Below, piece after piece: positions 1 to 10,196 of a DNA stretch of 64,000 nt. The notes beneath the pieces were generated by a model. That model saw nothing but the letters and a program-made list of their open reading frames with translations. It did not search any database and was not told the origin of the DNA. Numbering within the stretch: the first letter of the stretch is position 1; each line of letters begins with the position of its first letter. This DNA comes from Azolla caroliniana (taxonomy: Eukaryota > Plantae > Polypodiophyta). Location: positions 310,701 through 374,700 of the forward strand of contig JBHGNT010000029.1 in the NCBI GenBank assembly GCA_043228905.1. Direction: 5' to 3'. The position numbers were made by a program, and so were the translations under genes.

Positions 1-700
1 GTGCACTTCTCTAAGTTAGGTTTTATTACGTGGCCAAAATATCTAGATGTATTCTTACCACATGCACTAAGGGTTGCCATTGGACAACTTAGAATATCAT
101 CTCACCAACTTGAGATTTAGAATGGGCGTACTAATGGAGTCCCTAGGAAGGAAAGGATATGTAGGTTATGCCACATAGAGATAGAGGATGGGTACCACTT
201 TACATGCAAGTGTCCCACCTACGCCGAGATAAGAGCAAAATACCAAGACATACTTGGTTCCTCTCCTACCCTCCCCAAACTATTAGATACTCTAGATATA
301 AAGAAATTAGGCAAAATCTACATCCTAGACCTAAAACAACACAAAGAGAATAAGTTACAAAATGCGATAATAATGTTGCTAATGTTCACCAACATGTAAG
401 AAATGAAGTTTTTCAGGAACATGGGGAGACAACGAATGTCATCACACCTGCATCACTCGACCTTTTCCTTGATGAAGCATAAAATCAAAGAAGAACCAAA
501 CGCCCTCAGATGTTGGGTTTTAAAGCAACTCGACGTGGTGTAGAAGCAATAAAGAAAATAAGGGAACGTGAGTTACACCGCCTAGAAGTCATGCCTGGGG
601 CACTCTATACTCTGAGACCATGGGTCACACCCACACCAAAACCCTTTGACCTCCCACTTCTTTTCGAGAGGCTTGGGTGGAAATGAAATTAGGCTTAGTG
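1..700 (+). mobile_element. Degenerate 3' part of a LINE ORF2 (C-terminal zinc knuckle)
   Basis: Frameshifted translation AIGQLRISSHQLEI..GRTNGVPRKERIC..IED.YHF.CKCP.Y.EIR matches the non-LTR ORF2 C-terminal CCHC region. Confidence 0.55.
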
Positions 701-884
701 CAAGGTCACTTCCTTTGATCGAGTATACCACGTTTTGTACACCACTAGAACTCTTTAGTTTAAGTTCTCTTTTTACTTTATTTTATTTTAGTTTTGATGA
801 TTGGATAAATACCCATTTTGTTGTAAATCAACTGTCTCAAAGGGCAATTTTGGCGTTAAGAAGACATTAATATATCTTTCTTTC

Positions 885-1130
885 TGTCTTTGATCATATT
901 TGACCATGCTTTCCACAAATCTTCAATCAAGCCCAATTCTTGCACAAATTTCTCTCACAACACAACGTGCACTCTCGACTGCAACATTCATTGGTAAAGT
1001 TCTTGAACATCTAGAGTTGATACTCACTTTCACATGTATTATGTGAAATGTAATGTTTTTGGTCTCATAGGTCATAGTTGACCTCCAAAGACGATAATAG
1101 AATCTATCGATCTCTCCATTTCTCACTCTA
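885..1130 (+). mobile_element. LINE 3'-end fragment, same family as 36140-36520
   Basis: Closely similar to the reverse complement of 36165-36380 (..TGCAACATTCATTGGTAAAG..GGTCATA..GACCT..AAGACGATAATA). Confidence 0.6.
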
Positions 1131-2118
1131 CTTGAGATAACAATGTTAAACACACATTTGAAGCCAAACTTTATAATCCTTTTGTATGTGTGATCCTTTT
1201 GTATGTGTCGGGGTGGTTGTGATTCATGCGGCGAAGTCGCAGGGACTAAGGTTAAAGGGAGTCGGCTATATATTTTATAAGGCTTTGTGCATTGATGTTA
1301 GGAAGAAGAAGAGTTAAAAGTATTGTGTGACAAAGAGAGAAGCGTAGATAAGAGACAGAGACAATATATGACTTAAGAAGCAAGAGTATATGATATGAAC
1401 ATGAGTTATATTAAGAATGTAAGATTTTACCACAAAGATTAAGGATAACAAGAATAAAAATTGAAAGTAATGTACGAGAGAGAGATGATCAACATAATAG
1501 AACTCTCATCTGAACATTTTTTCGTATAAAGACAAGGATCCTCATTGCTTCTAATGCACCCCAGAGTCTTCATAAAAGTATCAAACTTTTGGTACCACAA
1601 GCTTGGGGACTGCTTAAGCTCTTCTTGAGTTTACATACCAAGTCTTCTTTGCCTGAGACTTCAGAACATTCAAGTTGTTCCATATAGATCTCCTCATCAA
1701 GATCCCCCTGCAAGAAAGCAGTCTTTACATCCATTTGGACTAATTCTAAGTCTTGATTCGCAACCAATGCAAGCAACATACGCAATGTAGTCATCTTAAC
1801 TATAGGAGAGAAAATTTTGTCAAAGTCAACTCCTTGTTCTTGCTTGAAACCTTTTGCTACCAAGTGGGCTTTGTACTTCATGCGAACGTCATAGAGCTTT
1901 CTCATAAAAAACACTTTGTTTGTTGTGGTTTCCTTCTCATATGTACTGCATAACTTTTTCCAAAGTTCTTTGGAATTTTTACTGTCTAAAACAGTGAAAT
2001 AGACACTATCTGCCAAGTGCAGTCTTATCGTAAACATGGTCAAAGCATCAAGTTCTTCCCAATCATCATCATCCATGTTATCCAGCTTCTTTGCTTTGCC
2101 GCCTAGAGGTCTCGTTTG

Positions 2119-5100
2119 TGTTAGGAAACAGGTCCCTCGGGATGGGAAGTGAGAAGAACCATGTTGATGAGCAACTCGACCGAGGCCGAAACTGGAAATC
2201 GTGGAGATAGCCAACACGGAAGGCTAAGTTTGTAAATAGTCGAAAGGTTACATTAGTACTTAGGGCAATCATCTTAGATAAGTGCATTATTGAAAAAGTT
2301 ACTGTTGACGAGGTTGTTGCCTCTGGAAAACTGTGAGAGTGAATGAGTGTGAGTGGAAGCGTGTGAGCTCCATAGCCGCCTGTTGGCGAAGCAGGATCTC
2401 GAGGTCGTTGCCTCTGAGATCTCTGATTGTATTCCTTTCTCTCATAGTGTTCTGTTTCGGAGTTTGTGGACTCCACGTGGTTTTTTCCCAGTTCGAGTTT
2501 CCACGTTAAAATCTGTGTCATTCTCAATTTCTGTATTCTGTTTTTCCTTTCCATTAGATTGACTATTATTCTGCACACGTACAACCGGTTGTGGCCGGCA
2601 ACGATTTTAACTTCAATATGGTATCAGAGCGAGCAACACAGAAAATGGAAGGAGGCGGGAGCGGCTTCCCAGGTATGATGGTTCTAAATTCACAGAACTA
2701 TGCAGAGTGGAAGATTAAGATGGAAGAACTTCTCATTGTAAAAGACCTGTACGAGCCAATCGACAGATTGGAAATACCAAAGGGGGTATTGGAGTCGGAT
2801 TGGAAGCTTCTGAATAGGAAAGTCGTGGCCACTATCCGACAGTGTGTCGACGTAAGTGTCCTTCAGCACGTGGCGAACGACACGAATGCCCACGAGATGT
2901 GGCAGAAGCTGTCGAGTCTTTATGAGAGGAAGAATGCGCTCAACAGAACCTCATTGATGAGGAAAATAGTAAACCTGAAATACAAAGACGGCGAGTCTAG
3001 CATGGTTGAACACGTAAGCACATTCATGGGGTATGTAAATCAACTTGCAGGGATCAAGTGCCCCTTGGATGATGCAATGCAGGCAATCATGCTGATGTGT
3101 ACGTTGCCGGAAAGATGGGAGAACTTGGTGGTTACTCTCAGCACCTCCTGCCAAGAAGAGAACTTGTCTTTGCAGACGGTGAAGACAAGAATCCTGAACG
3201 AGGTGGCACGTGTCGGAAGGACAAGGAATCGATCCCCGACTCAAAAGCGCTCCTTTCCGAATCGAAACGTGGAAGACAAAGGAACCGGAGTCCCCAGAAC
3301 CGGTAAAAATCGGGGACACGGTCAAAGTCAAGAGGGAGGCCTACTTGCTTCTACTGTGGGAAGCCCGGGCACTTCCAGAAGAACTATCGGCATTTCCGGA
3401 AAGACAAGGAAATCGACAGTACCAATTCGAAGAAGTCATCAGACCGAAACGGTTCGGATCGGCGAGGGCAGGACCGGAAAGGAAAGACGGCAATCGCGGC
3501 AAACGAAGAGGAGCTAATGCTTATCACTGAGGAGAGTGAGCTAAACCTTGCCGGCGACGAGATGACCTGGGTGGTCGATTCCAAAGCGTCGTTCCACCTA
3601 ACCCTGGATAGAAAATGCTTCTCATCCTACTTGCCGGTGACCAAGGCCATGTTTGGATGGGGAATGAAGGTACATGCCGAACTGTCGGCATAGGAGATGT
3701 GTGGTTGACGACATCAACCGGATGCAAGATGCTGCTGAAGGATGTTCGACATGTTCTGGAGGTTCGATTGAACCTAATATTCGGCTAGATGATGAAGGCT
3801 ACACAGGTAGCATCCGGAACAGTGTTATGAAGTTCAGCAAAGGGAGCCTAATTGTGGCTCGGGCCCAGAAAGTTAACACTCTGTACCTGGTGAATGCCCG
3901 GTTATGTCCGGAGGAAGTGAATGTGGCATCCGACATTGCCGGTGAGCTGTGGCACAAGAGGCTGTGTCACATGAGCGAGAAGGGGATGAAGAGGCTTGCA
4001 CACGACAACCTCATTCCAGTGAAGAACGTGCACTTGGAGAAGTGCATTGATTGTCTGGCCGGTAAACAAAACCGAACCTCCTTCCGATCGAGGCCACCGG
4101 AGAGGAAAGTTAGATCCGAAGACCCGGCCATGCATATTCCTCAGTTATGGCGACGATGAGTTCGGCTACCGAGTGTGGGACCCGGTCGACCAGAAAGTAT
4201 TCCGGAGTCGAGATATTATCTTTATGGAGGACAAGACGCTCGCCGATTGGGAGTCGGAGAAGAAGATAATGAACTCCGAGTCAACCGTTAAGGAAAAATT
4301 TCGATTTGATGAAATGCAGTTCCAACCGACAAGAAGCCGGTTAGCAATCGATGAACTGGCCGGTGACGGTGAGGTGACAAAACCGGCCGAAGAAGAAGGA
4401 ATAGGTGAAACCGAAACCGGACAAGACCCCGAATCGGATTCGGATGAAGAGCAAATGGAGGAGTCGGTTACCGAAGCCCAAGGACGCAGATATCCTCTTA
4501 GAGAGAGAAGGCCCCCGCGGAGATTTCCGGATCCAGAGCACGTGTTGCTAACCGATGAGGGGGAGCCAGAAAGCTTCGAGGAAGCTAAAAGTGACGCCCA
4601 TAGCCGCAAATGGTTAAGTGCCATGCAGGATGAGATGGATTCCCTGCATGAGAACCATACATACGAATTGGTGGAGTTGCCGAAAGGAAAGCGGGCACTC
4701 CGAAACAAGTGGGTGTACAAGTTGAAACCGGGAGATGTCGGCAACCCCCCGAGATACAAAGCCAGGATCGTGGTGAAGGGGTTCCAGCAGAAGAAGGGCG
4801 TGGACTTCGATGAGATATTTGCCCCGGTAGTAAAGATGACTTCTGTCTGGACGGTGCTGAGTATAGTGGCAAGCATGGACCTCGAGGTAGAGTAGCTGGA
4901 CGTGAAGACGACATTCCTTCACGGTGACCTCGAAGAGGAGATCTACATGCAGCAACCGGAAAGATTCGTGGAGAAAGGGGAGGAGCACCTGGTTTGCCGG
5001 TTGAAGAAGAGCTTGTACGGACTGAAGCAGGCTCCCCGACAATGGTACCGGAAGTTCGACTCCTTCATGACCGACCAAGGGTATCACAAAACGCAAACCG

Positions 5101-6641
5101 ATCACTTCGTGTTTGTGAAGAAGTTCGAAGGAGGCGACTTCCTGATACTCCTTCTGTACGTGGACGACATGTTGATCGTCGGACGAGACCAAGTTAAAAT
5201 ACGGATGCTGAAGAAGGCTCTCAACCGAACTTTCTCAATGAAAGACTTGGGCCCGGCAAGACAGATACTGGGGATGCACATCATCCGTGACCGGTCAAAG
5301 AAGCAATTGTGGTTGTCACAGGAGAAATACATGACAAAGGTGCTTCAGCGGTTCAACATGTTAGAAGCGAAACCGGTCGGATCGACACTCCCGGCAAATT
5401 GCAGATTATCTGATAAGGAAAGCCCGAAGACGAAAGCAGAGAAGGCGGATATGAAGAAGGTTCCATATGCCTCTGCCGTCAGGAGCTTAATGTACGCAAT
5501 GGGGTGTACTCGACCGGATATTGGATACGCAGTCGGAGTGGTGAGCCGGTTTATGAGCAATCCCGGCAAGGAGCACTGGAACGCGGTCAAATGGATACTC
5601 CGGTACTTGAAGGGCACTTCGAATATGTGTCTCCAATTCGGCTCCGGTAAACCTCAACTTGATAGTTTTACCGATTCGGACATGTCGGCTGATGTGGATA
5701 TTAGCCGGTCTACATCCGGGTATGTAATGACATGTGCAGGGGGAGCTGTTTCGTGGCAATCGAGGCTGCAGAAGACGGTTGCGTTGTCAACAACGGAGGC
5801 GGAGTACATGGCGGTTGTTGAAGCCGACAAAGAAATATTATGGATGAAGGACTTCATCGGAGAGCTCGGTATCCGGCAAGATGAATACCGGCTCTATTGC
5901 GACAGTCAAAGTGCCATCCACCTTGCTAAGAACGCAGCGTACCATTCCAGGACGAAGCACATCCAGCGTAGGTATCACTGGATCCGGGAGAGAGTAGAAG
6001 ATCGAGAGTTCACGCTGACAAAGATCCACACGGTCGAGAACGGGTCAGATATGCTGACCAAAGTACTGATACCCGACAAGCTGGATGCATGTCGGAAGTG
6101 GATCAGACTAGTAAGACATCCCATGCCGGAGTGAAGGGGGAGTTTGTTAGGAAACAGGTCCCTCGGGATGGGAAGTGAGAAGAACCATGTTGATGAGCAA
6201 CTCGACCGAGGCCAAAACCGGAAATCGTGGAGATAGCCAACACGGAAGGCTAAGTTTGTAAATAGTCAAAAGGTTACATTAGTACTTAGGGCAATCATGT
6301 TAGATAAGTGCATTATTGAAAAAGTTACTGTTGACGAGGTTGTTGCCTCTGGAAAATTGTGAGAGTGAATGAGTGTGATTGGAAGCGTTTGAGCTCCATA
6401 GCTACCTGTTGGCGAAGCAGGATCTCGAGGTTGTTGCCTCTGAGATCTCTGATTGTATTCCTTTCTCTCATAGTGTTCTGTTTCGGAGTTTGTGGACTCC
6501 ACGTGGTTTTTTCCCAATTCAAGTTTCCACGTTAAAATCTGTGTCATTCTTAGTTTCTGTATTCTGTTTTTCCTTTCCATTAGATTGACTATTATTCCGC
6601 ACACGTACAACCGGTTGTGGCCGGCAACGATTTTAACTTCA
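2119..6641 (+). mobile_element. Ty1/copia LTR retrotransposon, non-autonomous (integrase core deleted)
   Basis: 497-bp LTRs at 2119-2615 and 6145-6641 (TG..CA, about 15 differences by eye). TSD GTTTG at 2114-2118 and 6642-6646. PBS TGGTATCAGAGC at 2619-2630; PPT at about 6133-6142. Confidence 0.95.
2645..6134 (+). pseudogene. Copia gag-pol: gag, zinc knuckle, protease, GAG-pre-integrase, RT and RNase H, with frameshifts and a stop
   Basis: LNSQNYAEWKIKM, WVVDSKASFH, LWHKRLCHMS, YKARIVVKGF, LLLYVDDML, STTEAEY, RTKHI. TAG at 4893-4895. Confidence 0.9.
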
Positions 6642-7086
6642 GTTTGCTTTCTTTGAACCAATACATCATGCATCTAATTCTTCCACAAAGCAAAATTAGA
6701 TCCATCAAATTAGCAGATCTCAATATGATCTTTTCCAAGAAACAAATAATTCTTACATGAACTATTACGACCAATAGAAGTGCTACTAGATGCATCCCAT
6801 GTTTCGGACTCCATGGGAGTGAACAACAGTATCAAACAAGTGAGCACAAGAACTTCTCAACTAAATACTAGAAGCAACCAACCTATTGCCCAACAAATCT
6901 CAAAATGATACTGATGAGTGCGTATAACAAGCACCAGTATGCATGCACCTTCCAAATATCAACTACAACTGGCATATGTTTCTAAAATCACAAGTTGTAG
7001 GCATTTGATATGCTTCGAAATTGATTCCAACTCTCTACCGAATGTAGTGAGGTCTCCCACCACAACTTATATCCAACAACATTTAT

Positions 7087-7111
7087 GGGTAAAAGCATGC
7101 GAGTGGAAACA
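7087..7111 (+). repeat. Left terminal inverted repeat (25 bp)
   Basis: Inverted match to 17414-17438 with 2 mismatches; preceded by TSD TTAT. Confidence 0.92.
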
Positions 7112-7639
7112 CTATTATAGCTAATTAGCTACTAAAATGGCCATAGCTAATGAGCTATTTGTTTATCTAGTCTTTTTTGTGGGAAAATCAAATATTTGAA
7201 AAACTAATTTATGAAAAAACTCAAATATTTGAACTTCTGTTTTAGACATAGTGGAACTTGGGGAATATCACCATCATCTAAGGTCGACTTCAATGTCATC
7301 AATTTCCTGTTTAGCCTAAGTCTGATTTTGAACGCAGATGGAGTACTCAGAGCACGAACGCAGACGTAGCTCCCGCAACAGCAAAAAATCGACATTGCAG
7401 ATTGAGAGCTACAACACAGAACCCGCTCGATCATTGTCCAGGTATGTTTCAGTTACAGAAACCCCAAACATTTGTTTTTTCTTTTTGACTACTGTCTGAA
7501 CTTTGGTGCCGATTCATATTTCCCCAAAATCGAATAGGGCGAAGTCCTTGGAGTCCCATACAAGGATGTCTCGCAAATCGGGGAGTAGCAACAGGTGTGT
7601 TTATATTACTTTTTTTGCGTTTAATCCTGTCTTTAGTGA

Positions 7640-8170
7640 TGATTGGGGTTTCTGATTGAAATTTCTGATTAGGGTTTTTGTTTATAAATTTCTGATTAGA
7701 ATTTCTGATTAGGGTTTGTGATTGAAATTTCTGATTAGGGTTTCTAATTGAAATTTCTAATTAGGGTTTTTGATTATAAATTTCTGATTAGAATTTCTGA
7801 ATAGGGTTTCTGGTTACAAATTTTGATTACAAATTAGAATTTCTGAATAGGGTTTTTGTTTATAAATTTCTGCTTAGGATTTCTGATTAGGGTTTGTGAT
7901 TGAAATTTTTGATTAGGGTTTCTGATTGAAATTTCTGATTAGGGTTTTTGATTATAAATTTCTGATTAGAATTTCTGAATAAGGTTTCTGGTTACAAACT
8001 TCTGATTACAGATTTTGATTAGGGTTTCTGATTTCAAACTTCTGATTACAGATTTTGATTAGGGTTTCTGATTTCAAATTTCTGAATACAAATTATGATT
8101 AGGGTTTCTGATTTGCTAAGTTAAAGATTTTGCACCATTTTTGTTGTTGTTGATTGGGGTTTCTGATTCT
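7640..8170 (+). repeat. Degenerate tandem array of TTCTGATTAGGGT/TTCTGATTGAAAT-type ~13-bp units containing about 10 teloboxes (TTAGGGTTT), in intron 1 of the passenger gene
   Basis: TTAGGGTTT at about 7669, 7709, 7735, 7761, 7887, 7913, 7939, 8019, 8059 and 8099. Confidence 0.85.
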
Positions 8171-9554
8171 CACATATTCTGATTTTGCACTATTTCTGAT
8201 TTCTGAAATGATATTTCAGATGGCTCGTTCCTCCGTATACGAGAGTGCTAAACTTCGCAAAATTTTGCGAGACAAAGGAGAACTTGCACAACACCTATGG
8301 TCTGTCACTCGAGGGTGTTGACCCTGCTGTCCTAAGTGATAAATTGATCAGTGATATAGACTGGATGACAGTATATACAGTGCCTAGAGTCAAAGGCAAG
8401 GTCAAGCTGAAGCATGTACGAGCCGACTTGTACGATGACTGCATGAGACTGCACCAGAAAGTTCATCAAGAGATCCCAGTCAACAATGAGTTGTCAGTTT
8501 CATTTGCTAGAGCATTTGCATATGAGTACTGCAAAACAGCGAAGGAATCTAGAGACCCTGAAATGTATAGGGTAGCTTGGGCAGTCTATGGTGAGGCATC
8601 GGTAAAAAGATGCCGAAAGATGGGGACCTTGGCACAAAAAATAGACAGATTTTGGAGCATGGCAGCTGTTGATGCAACTGCCGACTCCCAGCAAGACCGG
8701 GGGCATACACCACACTGACACCCAAGGAAAGCCAATGTCGATGATACAGGTGAGACATTGGTTAGCTATATGCTAAAAAATGTCCATGAAGCCTGTGAGA
8801 CATTGGCATTTTTTAAGACTGATTTAGAGAAAGCCACAATGGCTTCTGCAATGGAGAGCAAAGTTACTTCCGCTGTTACAACAATTAGAAATAAGATTCA
8901 GGTAACTATTGTTTTGCTGGTATGTGATTGTGTTATAAATAACGGGTAAAATGTGCTAATCAAGCATTATCTGGAATAGGTTGCGCAACAGGAGCTTGAA
9001 TTAGAGGGGCCACTGGATCCCCAGCGTAAAATAGAACTGCAAATAGAGATCCAGGTTCTTTCAATGAACCTGGACCTTCTAGGTGTAAATACTGTTGCAG
9101 ATTACAATTTGGATAAGCTTCAAGTAAGTTAACGATTCCTAAGCAAAGTTGGTGTATCTTTCAACAACAAGAATAATTAATCGGTAAATTTCTCTGTTGC
9201 GTTGAAGGAACAATACATTCATCAAGAACAGGTAGTTAGCTGCCTTAAGAAGCAACTACATTTTGTCGAGGGAATGGTAAGGACCAGACAGGATTTGGAC
9301 CTGAACATTCTTGCTCCCTTACCAAATGAAGTAGAACCAGAAAATGATTTATTGACAGTTCAAGCACGTTGCATCGCTTGCGGGTTAGGTGTGGAGGACA
9401 AAACTACGTCTTTGTTGGTTCACCTACAACCATGCAACCACACATACCATCTGCTTTGTTTTCAACATGCCTGTCGAATTGCTGCATTCTGTTTGGGAGA
9501 TTGCAGTATAACTCTACCAAATGAGTGGAGAAAACTAACAGGTATACCATACTG

Positions 9555-10196
9555 TAGCTAATAAGCTTAGTCTTTTCTAATTAGCTATCCTACTAGCTAA
9601 TTAGCTACTGGTAGCTAATGAGCTACTAGCTAATTAGCTATCCTAGTAGCTAATTAGCTATGGTACTAGCTAATTAGCTAGTACCATAGTTGTGTAAAGA
9701 AGCTAAATAGCTATCCTACTAGCTAATTAGCCACTGGCAACTAATTAGCTATCCTCGTAACTAATTAACTACTGCCATAGTTGTGTAAAGTAGCTAATAA
9801 GCTATCCTAGTAGCTAATTAGCTACTAGCAGCTAATTAGCTATCCTACTAGCTAATTAGCTACTGGCAACTAATTAGCTATCCTACTAGCGAATTAGCTA
9901 TCCTAGTAGCTAATTAGCTACTGGCAACTAATTAGCTATCCTACTAGCTAATTAGCTATCATAGTAGCTAATTAGCTACTGCCATAGTTGTGTAAAGTAG
10001 CTAATAAGCTATCCTAGTAGCTAATTAGCTACTGGCAGCTAATTAGCTGTCCTAGTAGCTAATTAGCTATCCTAGCTACTACCATAGTTGAGTAAAGTAC
10101 CTAATTAGCTATCATACTAGCTAATTAGCTATCGTACTAGCTAATTAGCTATCCTAGCTTCTACCATAGTTTAGTAAAGTAGCTAATTAGCTATCC
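9555..10196. repeat. Array of the palindrome TAGCTAATTAGCTA filling intron 4 of the passenger gene
   Basis: Many copies at ~20-bp spacing between the GT donor at 9542 and the AG acceptor at 10220. Confidence 0.95.

Larger units (their letters stand above)
1505..6720 (-). mobile_element. Older, internally deleted Ty1/copia element split by the nested 2119-6641 insertion
   Basis: Gag reads MHDVLVQRKQ (ends ~6642) and resumes TRPLGGKAKKLDNMDDDDWEELD left of 2114. It then jumps directly to RT motifs (KAHLVAKGF, QMDVKTAFLQGDL). Confidence 0.75.

Noticed and set aside
4166-4876. 236-aa minus-strand ORF and similar antisense ORFs in the LTR elements
   Set aside because: Shadow frames of copia pol.
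7078-7086. Quasi-palindromic target site (reconstructed AACAT-TT-ATGTT)
   Set aside because: Short, AT-rich and off-centre relative to the TSD; one site cannot establish a preference.
7640-8170. Interstitial telomere
   Set aside because: TTAGGG units are dispersed within a different repeat rather than forming contiguous (TTTAGGG)n.
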